NCBI GenBank assembly: GCA_050916045.1
Contig: CP051526.1
Coordinates: forward strand, 2,688,001 to 2,752,000
Source of the DNA: Tepidisphaera sp.
GTDB lineage: Bacteria; Planctomycetota; Phycisphaerae; Phycisphaerales; UBA1924
Direction: 5' to 3'
DNA: 64,000 nt
Shown here: one piece after another, positions 36,613-46,927 of the stretch
Position numbering within the stretch: position 1 is the first letter of the stretch
Layout: every line of letters starts with the position of its first letter
Program-made: the position numbers and the translations under genes
The notes under the pieces: generated by a model
What the model saw: only the letters and a program-made list of their open reading frames with translations
The model's database searches: none
What the model was told of the DNA's origin: nothing

Positions 36613-37899
36613 TCAGTCCTTGAAGGGCGTGCCGTTCCAGTCGGCGATCCAGACCTGGCTGCTGGAGCGGGGCTCGCCTTCGATCTTGGGCCCGCGCTGG
36701 CTGCACCAGAGCATTTTCTTACCGTCGGGGCTGAAGACGGGGAGGACGTCGGCGCCGTCGGCGTGGGTGATGCGGATGTGCGGCATGTTGGCTATGACGC
36801 GGGTCTTCTCATCGCCGCCGGTCTTCATCGCGGCTTGGAACTTCGCGGCGTTCAGTTCGATCGCGAAGACCTCGTAGTTCTGGTGGCCGACTTCGCTGGT
36901 CGCATACACCAGATAGTCGCCCGACGGGTGGAAGAACGGACACCAGTTGACGTGGGCGTTGTCGGTGATCTGGAATTCCTGCTCGATGCCGGTGGGGATC
37001 ATCGTGCCATCCGAGTCCTTCGTAAACGCGAGCTTGGCGACGAAGAGCTGAAGCTCATCGTTCCCGCGACGGTCCGAGCGGTAGCAGATCCACTCGCCGC
37101 TGGGAGAGAAGAACGGTCCGCCGTCGTAGCCCGGAGCGACGACGATCGGGTAATCCTTCTTGGTCTTCGTGTCGTAGATGTAGAGGTTGGCGTCGGGCTT
37201 GGGGGGAGGGGCATCCTTCGGTGCATCCGCGGCGGGCTTGGGGGCGTCTTCGATGTGGGCGTAGAGGATGAAGCGACCGGTCTTGTCGAAGGAGCATTCG
37301 GCGTCGTAGTTGGGTCGCTCGAAAACGGGTTCAATCTCGAAAAGGTGGTCAAATTGAGTCTTGGCCGAGGGGGGGGGGACGAGAACCGAAACGATGTCCA
37401 TCTCGGAAGGAAACGCCCAGCGGTAGCGACTTGTTCCACGCTGATAGCCCGAAGAAACGTCTTCCTTCGGAACGATGATCGTGCTGCCGAAGATGACACG
37501 AGGCTCGGTCGGATGAAACCACCCGCAGGTGTTCGCGGAGCCGGGAGGACTCACCTTCTCGAGATCCGTCAGCTTATCGCCGTCAAGCTTTGCCACGTAC
37601 ATCGCGTAGTACGGCTCAGGGTCCTTGCCCTGCCCGGGCACTTCGATCGCCTGAAAGACGATCATCTTTCCGTCCGGCGAGAAGTAGTTCTCGCCAGCCT
37701 TGACGAACTTGTCGCGGAAGGTGAGCTGCTTGTGGTTGGTCAGGAGCGGGGCTTCAAGCTTGGACCAGTCGAGCGGGGCCGGTTTTGTCTCGCCCGGTTG
37801 TCCGGTCGGCTGTGCGGGGGGCTTTCCGGCGGGTTGCTCGGAGGTGAGGCCACCGGCGGTCATGGCGAGAAGGGAAACGAGCGTCGAGGTCAGAAGCAT
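36613..37899 (-). CDS. Exported TolB-like (PD40) beta-propeller protein
   Basis: GENYFSPDG, YDAECSF, YDGGPFFSP, WCPFFHP, PVFSPDG repeats. Confidence 0.85.
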   Translation of the reverse strand: MLLTSTLVSLLAMTAGGLTSEQPAGKPPAQPTGQPGETKPAPLDWSKLEAPLLTNHKQLTFRDKFVKAGENYFSPDGKMIVFQAIEVPGQGKDPEPYYAMYVAKLDGDKLTDLEKVSPPGSANTCGWFHPTEPRVIFGSTIIVPKEDVSSGYQRGTSRYRWAFPSEMDIVSVLVPPPSAKTQFDHLFEIEPVFERPNYDAECSFDKTGRFILYAHIEDAPKPAADAPKDAPPPKPDANLYIYDTKTKKDYPIVVAPGYDGGPFFSPSGEWICYRSDRRGNDELQLFVAKLAFTKDSDGTMIPTGIEQEFQITDNAHVNWCPFFHPSGDYLVYATSEVGHQNYEVFAIELNAAKFQAAMKTGGDEKTRVIANMPHIRITHADGADVLPVFSPDGKKMLWCSQRGPKIEGEPRSSSQVWIADWNGTPFKD

Positions 37900-38005
37900 G
37901 GCCGAATCCTAGCGAGCGTCCGCCCCGATTCGACCTTGTCGCCGGGCGAAATCACGCCAAAGCAGGCTTTTTCCTCCCGGCTTCCGTGCCCGATTCCTCG
38001 CCGAC

Positions 38006-40177
38006 CTACTTGCCCGCCCGGGCAAGGTGCTCGGGCAGGATCGCTTTGCGGAGGGAGCCCGGCGAGGAGATGACCAAGCCGAGCCCGGCCCCGCCGGTGG
38101 CTTCGAACATCTCGACGGTGATCGGGTGCCAGCCGCCGGCGAGGACGACCGTCGCCGACTTCTCGGCCAGGCTGTGAAGCCCGTCGTTGTCGACGGTCAC
38201 GCCGGAGCCGATCAGGAGTCGGCTCCCGTCATCGCTCGCGAGGTGGAACGTGTAGACGTCGGTCTTGGGGACGTAGACGTATCCGGTAAAGCGGAGGGCG
38301 TAGTTGTCGTCCGCGCAGGCTTCCTTGATCGAGATCTCCTTGGCGATCCCTTCCTTCGCGGGCTTGAGGGTCGCAAAGTCCGGCAGCTTCTTGAACTCCC
38401 CGGTGTAGCAGGCGACGCTGAGGCCGGGCTCGGTCTTGTCGAGCACGACGCTGGCCCGGGGCGGAGCGTTGACGAACGCGCGAGCGACGACGGGCGTGAC
38501 GGCTTTGCCGCCGCGGAACGCGCGGGCCTTGATCACCATGGCTTTCGTGATCGCGAAGGACCCCTCGTACTTCCGCGACTCGGCGGTCGGCTCGGTTCCA
38601 TCGCCGGTGTACCGGATCTCGACACCCTTCATCGGGCAGTCGATCGTGACATCGGTCGAGGTGACGAACTGGTCGGCGAACGCGTTGATCGTCGGGGCGA
38701 TGGAAGCATCGGGAGCGCCGCCGACCTCAATCGCAAAGACCGTGACCGGAGCCGGAGCGGATTTCACCGCGTCCATCGCGGCCGAAACATCCACCTCGAT
38801 CGACCCGCCAAGCTGCTTGGCCACGAGCTTGGCATCCCGAGCGGGCGCGTGCAAAGCCCACGCTTTGACCGGCTCATTCAGCAGCCCGGGCAGGACGAGC
38901 TTGCCGTCGGCGGGCATCTCGAAGACGTGCAGGTACAAGCGGGTGATCAGGTTGCCGTTGTCGCCCTTGACGGACTTGAGCGTGACGCGGCCCCATTTGG
39001 GCATCTCGCTCAGCGGGCTCCGCTGCGTGCCATAAATGGCTTCGCCGTTGACCCGCATCCACGCACCGATCTCCTTCAGCATCTTGACGCTTTCGGGCGG
39101 GATTTCGCCCTCGGCGGTCGGGCCGACGTTGAGGAGAAAGTTGCCGCCCTTGCTCGCGATGTCGCAGAGCTTCTGAACGAGGTCCGTCGTGTTCTTGAAG
39201 TTCTTGTCGGCGGCGTTGTACCCCCAGTTGCCGTTCATCGTCATGCAGGTTTCCCAGTCGCCGGGGAGGCCGGTCTCGGGAATGGTCTGCTCGGGGGTCG
39301 CGTAGTCGCCGAGGAAGCCGGCTTCGGTCGAACCTTCCATGCCGGCGCGGCCCTTGTCGATGCGGTTGTTGACGACGACGTTCGGGGCGATCTTGCGCAT
39401 GTAAGCGTGCAGATCCTTGCCGCGCTCGTGCGTCCAGGTCCCCTCCCACTCACCGTCGAACCAGATCAGGCCGGGGTCATACTTGGGCGAACAGATCTCG
39501 GCGAGCTGGGCTTTCAGGTACGTGACGAACCGGTCGAAGTCGGCGCCGTCGGTGCCGCGAGCGGCTTTTTCCCACGGGCGGCGCGGGAGGTAGTCCGGGT
39601 GGTGCCAGTCCATGATGGAGTGGTACATGCAGAAGCGGACGGGGTACGTCGGCTCGCCGCTCGCCGTGCCCGCTTTGGTCTTCTTGCAAGCGTCGGAAAG
39701 CTCCTTCATGATGTCGCGTTTGAAGGGCGTGAACATCACGTCCCAGTCGGTCTGGGCGGAGTCGAAGAGTGCAAAGCCGTCGTGGTGCTTGCTGGTGATG
39801 ACCAGATACCGCATCCCGGCTTCCTGAGCGAGCGCGACCCACGCGTCGGCGTCGAACTTGGTCGGGTTGAACTTGGCTTTCAGCTTGTCGTATTCCTCGA
39901 GCGGGATCTGTGCCGTGTCGCGGATCCACTCGCCGTGCCTGTTGCCCTTGCCGGGCCATTCGCCCGCGGGGATCGCGTACAAGCCCCAGTGGATGAACAT
40001 GCCGAACCGGGCATCGCGCCACCACCCCATGCGGGCTTCGTGGTCGGCGTCGGAAGCAGCATCGGCCGCCGGCGACGGTGCGGGGGCGAGCGGCTCAAGA
40101 TGGGTCGTTGCGGACACGGGCAGCCCGGCGAAAGCGGACACGATCCCGACCAGACCGGCGAGAAGGGGCTTGTTCAT
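38006..40177 (-). CDS. GH29 alpha-L-fucosidase with FN3-associated and PA14 domains
   Basis: RFGMFIHWG, TSKHHDGF, WFDGEW, GGNFLLNVGP; IRYTGDGTEP; LASDDGSRL. Confidence 0.92.
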   Translation of the reverse strand: MNKPLLAGLVGIVSAFAGLPVSATTHLEPLAPAPSPAADAASDADHEARMGWWRDARFGMFIHWGLYAIPAGEWPGKGNRHGEWIRDTAQIPLEEYDKLKAKFNPTKFDADAWVALAQEAGMRYLVITSKHHDGFALFDSAQTDWDVMFTPFKRDIMKELSDACKKTKAGTASGEPTYPVRFCMYHSIMDWHHPDYLPRRPWEKAARGTDGADFDRFVTYLKAQLAEICSPKYDPGLIWFDGEWEGTWTHERGKDLHAYMRKIAPNVVVNNRIDKGRAGMEGSTEAGFLGDYATPEQTIPETGLPGDWETCMTMNGNWGYNAADKNFKNTTDLVQKLCDIASKGGNFLLNVGPTAEGEIPPESVKMLKEIGAWMRVNGEAIYGTQRSPLSEMPKWGRVTLKSVKGDNGNLITRLYLHVFEMPADGKLVLPGLLNEPVKAWALHAPARDAKLVAKQLGGSIEVDVSAAMDAVKSAPAPVTVFAIEVGGAPDASIAPTINAFADQFVTSTDVTIDCPMKGVEIRYTGDGTEPTAESRKYEGSFAITKAMVIKARAFRGGKAVTPVVARAFVNAPPRASVVLDKTEPGLSVACYTGEFKKLPDFATLKPAKEGIAKEISIKEACADDNYALRFTGYVYVPKTDVYTFHLASDDGSRLLIGSGVTVDNDGLHSLAEKSATVVLAGGWHPITVEMFEATGGAGLGLVISSPGSLRKAILPEHLARAGK

Positions 40178-40259
40178 GGCCCGAGTGTACCAAAATCCGC
40201 CGCGTCCGCGTCCGGATTCCGGGTGGGTGCGTTTCGCCCGAACCCACACCGGAGGGGGC

Positions 40260-41300
40260 TTACCACTTGATCACGATCTTGCCGAACTGCTCACCCTGCT
40301 CGAGGCGGGCGTAGGCCTGCTGAGCGTCGGTGGGGTCAAAGACGCGGTCGACGACGGCGGTGATCGCCCCCGCGCGGAACAAGCTCACGACCTCGCGGAA
40401 CTCGGCGTTGGTGCCCATCGTCGACCCGAACAGCCGGAGCTGGTTCCAGAAGATGCGAGCGAGATCCGTCGTCGCGTCGGGGCCGCTGGTGCAGCCGGGC
40501 GTGACGTACGCGCCGCCGCGAGCGAGGGATTTGATGCAGTTGAGGTGCGTGGCTTTCCCGGAGGAATCAACCGCGAGGTCGACGCCCCGCTTGTTTGTCC
40601 AGGCGCGGACCTCCTTGGACCAGTCCTGCCCCTTGTCGAGGATGGCGAGGTCGGCTCCCAAGCTCTTGGCTTGGTCGACCTTCCACTGGTGACGGCTGGT
40701 GACGGCGACGGGGCAGCCGCGCTGCTTGGCGATCTGGAGGGCGCTGGTCGCGACGCCGCCGCCGATGCCGGTGATGAGGACCGTCTGGCCGCAGGCGAGC
40801 TTGGCTTTGGTGATCATCATCGACCACGCAGTGAGGGCGCACAGGCCGAACGCGGCGGCTTGCACGGGGTCCGCTTCCCCCACCGTCGCGAGGTTGGCGG
40901 CGGGAGCGAGAAACTTCTCGCAGAGCATGCCGTTGTGGTGCTCACCGATGAGCTCGTAGATCGGAGCGAGCGTCGTCGCGGGCGGGTCGGCGGGATGCTC
41001 GCGCTCGGGCACGACGGTCGCGGCGTTGACGATGACTCGCTTGCCGACCCACGCGGCATCCACGCCGGGGCCGACGGCTTCGACCACGGCGCATGCGTCG
41101 CAACCGGAAACCCGGGGGTAGTTGAGCGTGAGGCCGGGGACGCCGCGGCCGACCCAGAGGTCCATGTGGTTGAAGGCGGTGGCGAGCGTGCGGAGCAGAG
41201 CCTGCCCGGGGCCGGGAGCGGCCGGCTCGGGCCAGTCGGTGCGGAAGGCGATGTTGGGAGTGACGGGGTTGCCCTGACGCTCGACGACGATGGCTCGCAT
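40260..41300 (-). CDS. MDR-family (zinc-binding/quinone) oxidoreductase
   Basis: FNHMDLW, LTAWSM, GIGGGVA, GSTMG, QFGKIV. Confidence 0.88.
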   Translation of the reverse strand: MRAIVVERQGNPVTPNIAFRTDWPEPAAPGPGQALLRTLATAFNHMDLWVGRGVPGLTLNYPRVSGCDACAVVEAVGPGVDAAWVGKRVIVNAATVVPEREHPADPPATTLAPIYELIGEHHNGMLCEKFLAPAANLATVGEADPVQAAAFGLCALTAWSMMITKAKLACGQTVLITGIGGGVATSALQIAKQRGCPVAVTSRHQWKVDQAKSLGADLAILDKGQDWSKEVRAWTNKRGVDLAVDSSGKATHLNCIKSLARGGAYVTPGCTSGPDATTDLARIFWNQLRLFGSTMGTNAEFREVVSLFRAGAITAVVDRVFDPTDAQQAYARLEQGEQFGKIVIKW

Positions 41301-41438
41301 CACCAAGCGAAGGACGGGGAATGGTCGGTGTCAAGCGGCCGAGAAGTCGGGAAGGTCGAGAAATCGTGAAGGGGTGAAGGTGCGGATCGCGGCTGAAGAG
41401 GTGCGGCCCTCCCTGGGGCCTCAAACAAGGAGACGCAC

Positions 41439-44237
41439 ATGGTTCGCCTGACTTCCACGCTCAGCCTCGCCTTTCTGACCGCCGCCGCATCGGGACAGAC
41501 CATCGGCGTCCTTCCCACGCTTTACCGGCTTGGGGATGGCAACGCGCCCGTGCCCACGCTTCGCTTTGACAACAACCTCGCCCGCATGAACATGCACGCG
41601 TGGTACCGGGATGGGCGGGACAAGCCGGCGGTGCTTGCGGTCGTGGGCTGGGTGGAGCAGGACGGCGTCGCGGGGAGCATGGCGACGTGGGATGGCGTGC
41701 GGTGGACGGTTTACCCGGAGGTTCCAAACGCGAACCACATCGGTCGCTCGACGATCCATGATCCCGACGGACCCGGCCCCGAGCCGGAGCGGATCTACGC
41801 CATTCGGATGGGCCAGTCGCCGAGCCGGGTGGTGATGTGGAACGGGACGGCGTGGGCACCGGTGGGCGCGATGACGGAGTCGATCACCAGCTCGTGGGGA
41901 GCGCTCGCGAGCTTCGACCCCGACGGCGATGGGCCGCAGGTCCCGTGGCTTGTGCACGCGAATCAGCGTGTCTCGGCGTGGATGAGCGGCTCGTGGGTGG
42001 ACCTTGGCTTGGTGCAAAGCCCCGCACCGCACCGCGTCGCCGGGTTGCAGACGTTTGACCCGGACGGGCCCGGACCGCGTCCTCCGCTCCTCGCGATCTC
42101 GGGGTTTTTCACGGCCGTGGGCGGCGTTCCCGCGACGAACGTGGCGGTGATGAACGGCATCGACTGGGAAGCGATCCCGGGCCTCGCGGCGACGCAGGTC
42201 CCAGGTCAGATGTGCCTGCACGATTTCGACGGTGAGGGCGGCGTTCCGGCCGAGCTTGTGATTCCGGTGCGAGCGACGGTCGGCGGCGTGGCGACCGAGC
42301 TTGTCGCGTGGGACGGCGATGCGGTCCGCCGCGTGGTAAGCGGGACCTACGACACCGTCTCGAACATCCCCTACCCGAAGAACGCCGCTTCGATCTCCGT
42401 TCCGGGCGTGATGGAGGGCTTGCTTGGGTTCGGTCAGTTCGCTTCGTTCGGCGGTTCGCCGGTGGCGAGTGTGGGTCGCGTCGATGCAGCTTCGAGCGCG
42501 ATTCTTCCGCTTTCGTCGGCGGCGGGCGCCGGGTTCACGAGCTACGTCGATTCGGTGGTGGCGGTCGACCTGGATGGCACGGGCCCGTTGCCGGCCGAGG
42601 TCTTCGCGATCGGTCCGATGCAGCAGTCCAACGGGATCACCATGCCGGGTGTCACGCGCTGGAACGGGCGGCAGTGGCAGCCGATGACGGGAGGTTTCAC
42701 GTTTCAGGGTAACCCGTACGCGGACATCGACGGAATCTCGGTGATCGATCTGGACGGAGACGGGCCTGCCGGCGAAACAACGTTCCTCAGGGGCGATTTC
42801 ACGGAGTACGCCGGCGTGTACGGCTACGGCGGGATCGCCGCCGTCGTGAACGGGGTCGTGTCGCCTGTGGGCGTGGGAATCCGAGATGCGCTTTGCGAGC
42901 CCGGCGAGGTGCTCAACTTCGACCCTGACGCGGACGGACCGGCGCCGGCGCAACTTCTCGCGACGGGCATTCAGCTCGCGCGATTCGATGGTTCGCTGTG
43001 GAGCACCATCTGGAACGGCACGGGGCTGAGGGACATGATCACGCACGACTTTGACGGTCAGGGACCGCTGCCGCCGCGAGCGATCATCGGCGGGTTCATC
43101 AGTCAAGGCGGCGTCAACCAGTACGACGGCTCCACGGTCAGCCCCGTGGGCATCACCTCCGAGCTCAGTGAGCAGGGAGGCCGCGTTTCCGCGTTGCTCA
43201 GTTCCGATCCCGACGGACCGGATGGGCCCGGACTACCGCTCCTGTACGCGGCCGGCTCGGGTATCCGCGGGAGGATCCTCGTGTACAACGGAGTGTCATG
43301 GAATCAGGTCGGAAGCGGCTGGCGCACCGATCCCCGCGACCTCGTCGAGCTCGACATGGATGGGGATGGCACGCTTGAGGTGGTCGGGTGCAGCCAGCCC
43401 TTCGAAGCGGATCCCGGCGTCGGCGCGGGCCTGAGCGGGTGGAACGGCACCACCTGGACGCGTTACGACACGCTCGACGAGACCTTCTACCCGACCTGCA
43501 TGGCCGTGCTCGACACCGATGGCGACGGACCGACTCCGCCCGCCCTCTACGTCGGCGGCCGATCGATCCCGGATACGGGTTTCCTCGGAGGTTGGATCAA
43601 GCGATGGAACGTCGCGACCCAAACGCTTGATCCGGTCACTTCCGACTTCGGCGTTCTCGGCGTCGTGAGCATGGATGTCGAACGCCCCTACGGAGCGGGC
43701 GGGCCGCAGCGTCTGGTCATCGGAACCGATGGCGGGAGTGTCGAGCTTGCGCTTGTTTTCCGCTACAGCCACTTCGGCCGGGCTTGGCTGACCGAGGAAC
43801 CCGCCGACGTTTCCGGCGAGGAAGGCTCGGCCGTGACGCTCACCGCGAGTGTCCACCCGGCGTACGTCGGAGCGACCTACGAGTGGCACCGCAATGGCGT
43901 GGCGACGGGCTTTGCCGGTTCGTTCACCAGCGAAACGCTGACAGCCACGTTCTCCATCCCGAGCTTGAACGCGTCGAACGTCGGCGACTATCAGCTCATG
44001 ATGACCAACGCCGCCGGCGTTTCGATGAGCCGCCCCGCTTCGGTCTCGATCGACGCGGGCTGCGCCGCGGACTTCAACGGGGATGACTTCCTGGACTTCT
44101 TCGACTACGACGACTTCGTCGGCTGCTTCGAGAGCGGAGCGTGCCCGGAAGGCAAGACCGCCGATTTCAACGGTGACGACTTCGTGGACTTCTTCGACTA
44201 CGACGACTTCGTCGCCGCGTTCGAAACCGGCTGCTGA
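41439..44237 (+). CDS. Large secreted propeller/Ig protein with C-terminal GC-type dockerin-like domain
   Basis: Signal peptide; repeated D(F/P)DGxGP and WNGxxW; Ig motif (YEWHRNG..GDYQL); tail DFNGDDFVDFFDYDDFVAAFETGC*. Confidence 0.85.
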   Translation: MVRLTSTLSLAFLTAAASGQTIGVLPTLYRLGDGNAPVPTLRFDNNLARMNMHAWYRDGRDKPAVLAVVGWVEQDGVAGSMATWDGVRWTVYPEVPNANHIGRSTIHDPDGPGPEPERIYAIRMGQSPSRVVMWNGTAWAPVGAMTESITSSWGALASFDPDGDGPQVPWLVHANQRVSAWMSGSWVDLGLVQSPAPHRVAGLQTFDPDGPGPRPPLLAISGFFTAVGGVPATNVAVMNGIDWEAIPGLAATQVPGQMCLHDFDGEGGVPAELVIPVRATVGGVATELVAWDGDAVRRVVSGTYDTVSNIPYPKNAASISVPGVMEGLLGFGQFASFGGSPVASVGRVDAASSAILPLSSAAGAGFTSYVDSVVAVDLDGTGPLPAEVFAIGPMQQSNGITMPGVTRWNGRQWQPMTGGFTFQGNPYADIDGISVIDLDGDGPAGETTFLRGDFTEYAGVYGYGGIAAVVNGVVSPVGVGIRDALCEPGEVLNFDPDADGPAPAQLLATGIQLARFDGSLWSTIWNGTGLRDMITHDFDGQGPLPPRAIIGGFISQGGVNQYDGSTVSPVGITSELSEQGGRVSALLSSDPDGPDGPGLPLLYAAGSGIRGRILVYNGVSWNQVGSGWRTDPRDLVELDMDGDGTLEVVGCSQPFEADPGVGAGLSGWNGTTWTRYDTLDETFYPTCMAVLDTDGDGPTPPALYVGGRSIPDTGFLGGWIKRWNVATQTLDPVTSDFGVLGVVSMDVERPYGAGGPQRLVIGTDGGSVELALVFRYSHFGRAWLTEEPADVSGEEGSAVTLTASVHPAYVGATYEWHRNGVATGFAGSFTSETLTATFSIPSLNASNVGDYQLMMTNAAGVSMSRPASVSIDAGCAADFNGDDFLDFFDYDDFVGCFESGACPEGKTADFNGDDFVDFFDYDDFVAAFETGC

Positions 44238-44264
44238 TCACGGCGACATCTGAAGACAGAACGA

Positions 44265-44299
44265 CGAGGCCCGCGGCGACGCGGGCCTCGGTTCTTTTT
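44265..44299 (+). terminator. Intrinsic terminator
   Basis: 11-bp GC stem followed by a T tract. Confidence 0.75.
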
Positions 44300-44316
44300 C
44301 ATGCAAGGTGATCGCG

Positions 44317-44354
44317 AAAACGCAAACCGCCCCGACGGACGTCGGGGCGGTTTG
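44317..44354 (-). terminator. Intrinsic terminator of rplS
   Basis: 14-bp stem caaaccgccccgac/gtcggggcggtttg. Confidence 0.7.
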
Positions 44355-44376
44355 ATCAGGATCGGATTGAAGCAGC

Positions 44377-44784
44377 TCAGGCCTTCGGGGCCGGAGGAGC
44401 GCCAACGGCGCCGGAACCGGCGACGTGCTTGAGCTTCTTGCGGCGGTCGCGGAGGCGCTGGCTCTTGCCCTCGCGGTCGCGGAGGTAGTAGAGCTTGGCG
44501 CGGCGGGCGTCGCCGTGGCGGAGGATCGTGTACTTGGAGACCAGCGGCGTGTGGATCGGGATGATGCGCTCGACGCCGATGCCGTCGACGATCTTGCGGA
44601 TCACGATCGTCTCGTTGATGCCGCTACCCGAGCGGGAGATGAGCACACCCTGGAAGTCCTGCGTGCGCTCCTTCTCGCCTTCGACGATGCGGAAGGTCGC
44701 GACCATCGTGTCACCGATGCTCATGACCGGGAGGTCTTTCTTGAGGTGCTCGTTGCCGATGGAATCGAGAAGTTGCTGAGACAT
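44377..44784 (-). CDS. rplS: 50S ribosomal protein L19
   Basis: EGEKERTQDFQG, GIGVERI, RRAKLYYLR. Confidence 0.96.
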   Translation of the reverse strand: MSQQLLDSIGNEHLKKDLPVMSIGDTMVATFRIVEGEKERTQDFQGVLISRSGSGINETIVIRKIVDGIGVERIIPIHTPLVSKYTILRHGDARRAKLYYLRDREGKSQRLRDRRKKLKHVAGSGAVGAPPAPKA

Positions 44785-45023
44785 GAGTAAGGTCCGTTCG
44801 TTTGGTATTCGACCGGGATCGGTCGGGAGGGAATGGTAGACGGACGCCCGGGCCGGTTCCACTGCCGCCAAGCCCAGTCCACCCGCCGCCACCGCCACCC
44901 CACCGCCACCCTCGCCTCCGCGGCCACGCGACACGTCCGCAAACACCGGCAAACTGGCTGCCCTGCCCCGGACTGCATCGGAATCACTGGCCGCCGCAGC
45001 GTAAGTGTTTATCATAGCTGACC

Positions 45024-45848
45024 ATGCGCACACTTTCCGCCGCCCTTGCCCTCCTCGTCGCCTCGGCCGCGCAGGCCCAAGCCCAATACTGGGTCACCTA
45101 CGACCCCGCCGCCGGGACCCTTCCGCAAGCCCAGTGCTGGGACCTGAACCGTTCCTCCGGCCAGCCCGACCCGACCCTCGCCAACGGTGAGCTCACGATC
45201 GGGCCGTCGACCTACGGCGGCACCCTTTTCTACGACCGCGACGCTTCGATCGACTTCTCGCGCGGCGCGGTGATGGAAGCGGACATCTTCATCGTGAACT
45301 CCGCCTACGCGACCAACCCCTGCGGCGCGGGACAGCGAGCCGGCACCATCATCGGCATGAACGACATCGCCAACCGTCGCCTCAACGTCGGCATCGGCAA
45401 TGGCTGGGTCTTCCTGAGCACCATCGACAACGCGGTCGTCGGAAGCCCCTTCGCCCCCAGAGCCCAGGTCCAGTGCCAAGGTGTCTGGAAGCGATTCCGC
45501 CTCGAGGTGGCAAGCGGTACCGCCACGCTTCTGATCGACGGCGTGCCGACGCTTTCGGTCGCGGTTGGCAACACGGGTTCCGCGTCACGACGCGTCTACT
45601 TCGGGGATGGATCGGTCTGCGCCGCGGGCCACGCGAAGTTCGGCTTGGTGAGGTTCCTCGCGCAGGACGACTGCCCGGTGGACTTCACCCGCGATGGGTT
45701 CGTCGATTTCTTCGATTACGACGCGTATGTGTCGTGCTTTGAGGGCGGCCCCTGCCCCTGCGACCAGACGCCGGACTTCAACGGCGACGGGTTCGCGGAC
45801 TTCTTTGATTACGATGAATTCGTGGCCGCCTTCGAGAACGGCTGCTGA
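45024..45848 (+). CDS. Secreted beta-sandwich protein with GC-type dockerin-like tail (paralog A)
   Basis: Signal peptide; twin DF(T/N)xDGF.DFFDYD repeats ending ENGC*. Confidence 0.85.
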   Translation: MRTLSAALALLVASAAQAQAQYWVTYDPAAGTLPQAQCWDLNRSSGQPDPTLANGELTIGPSTYGGTLFYDRDASIDFSRGAVMEADIFIVNSAYATNPCGAGQRAGTIIGMNDIANRRLNVGIGNGWVFLSTIDNAVVGSPFAPRAQVQCQGVWKRFRLEVASGTATLLIDGVPTLSVAVGNTGSASRRVYFGDGSVCAAGHAKFGLVRFLAQDDCPVDFTRDGFVDFFDYDAYVSCFEGGPCPCDQTPDFNGDGFADFFDYDEFVAAFENGC

Positions 45849-45861
45849 GGAGCTTGAATCC

Positions 45862-46686
45862 ATGCGTTTGCACTCGTTCCTGGCGGCTCTCACAACCATC
45901 GCGGCTTCGCACGCTTCGGCGCAGGAGGTCTGGCTGACGTACGAAGCCTCTGACGGCACGCTTCCCTCAGAGCAGTGCTGGGACCTCATTCGCAGCGGCG
46001 GGCCCGTGCCAACGCTCGAGAACGGCGCCGTCAACATCGGACCGTCATCGACGGGCGGCTACATCTATTTCGAGCGCGAGATGTCCATCGACTTCTCGCA
46101 GGGCGCGGCGATCGAAGCCGAGGTCTTCATCGAATACTCCGACTACGGCGCCAATCCCTGCGGCGCCGGCCCGCGAGCCGGCTTCTACCTCACGATGTTC
46201 GACGTCTCGGGACGGCTGATGTACCTGGGAGTCGGGAGCAACGTCGTGTACCTCACCTCCGACGCTTCACGCTCGCACGGCGCCGGCTCGCCGATCGCGA
46301 CCGTGCCGATGGCCGGACGGTGGCGGACGATCCGCGTCGAGATCGAAAGCGGCGTGATGACGGCCTTCATCGACGGCGTGGAGACGCTCACCACGCCCGT
46401 GAACGGTCCGATTTTCGGCACGACGCGACGCGCATCCTTCGGGGATGAATCTGTGTGCGCCGGCTCGCAGTCACGCGTGCGATCCGTCCGCGTGCTCGCC
46501 CGCGAGGAATGCCGCGTGGATTTCAACCGCGATCGGTTCGTCGATTTCTTTGATTATGACGCGTACGTCTCGTGCTTCGAGGGCGGCGACTGCCCCTGCG
46601 ACCAGACGCCGGACTTCAACGGCGACGGATTCGCGGACTTCTTCGATTACGATGAGTTCGTGGCTTCGTTCGAGAGTGGGTGCTGA
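45862..46686 (+). CDS. Secreted beta-sandwich protein with GC-type dockerin-like tail (paralog B)
   Basis: Colinear with paralog A (QCWDL, NPCGAG, FGD.SVCA); ends ESGC*. Confidence 0.85.
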   Translation: MRLHSFLAALTTIAASHASAQEVWLTYEASDGTLPSEQCWDLIRSGGPVPTLENGAVNIGPSSTGGYIYFEREMSIDFSQGAAIEAEVFIEYSDYGANPCGAGPRAGFYLTMFDVSGRLMYLGVGSNVVYLTSDASRSHGAGSPIATVPMAGRWRTIRVEIESGVMTAFIDGVETLTTPVNGPIFGTTRRASFGDESVCAGSQSRVRSVRVLAREECRVDFNRDRFVDFFDYDAYVSCFEGGDCPCDQTPDFNGDGFADFFDYDEFVASFESGC

Positions 46687-46927
46687 GAGTCGGTAGCACC
46701 GATCGACGTGGGCGTTCGTCGTCGCGAGTTTCATCTCCAGTCTTTTGGCTTGTCCCAACCCGCACGTTGGGTGGTCACGCTCGCTCGGCGGCCGCGGGCC
46801 GCTCGCGCCAGCCTGGCGGGCGCACCATCGAGCGCTGGACCGTGTCCGGTCCGCCGGAAGTTCACGCGAGGTCGATATGTGTTGAATGAGGCCCGCACGC
46901 GGGCGGTCGGACCAGAGTGAGGCGGGG

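Noticed and set aside
36613..37899. TolB-like gene as part of a Tol-Pal system with the ExbB/ExbD genes
   Set aside because: Opposite strand, about 10 kb away, with no TolA or Pal visible
44060..44237. Dockerin-tail DNA repeats as DGR template/variable repeats
   Set aside because: All copies are in-frame coding tails, differences are not confined to adenines by eye, and no reverse transcriptase is present
46687..46927. Convergent intergenic region as a third REP cassette
   Set aside because: Only short hairpins; lacks the CGGTTCCTCCG core and any cargo ORF
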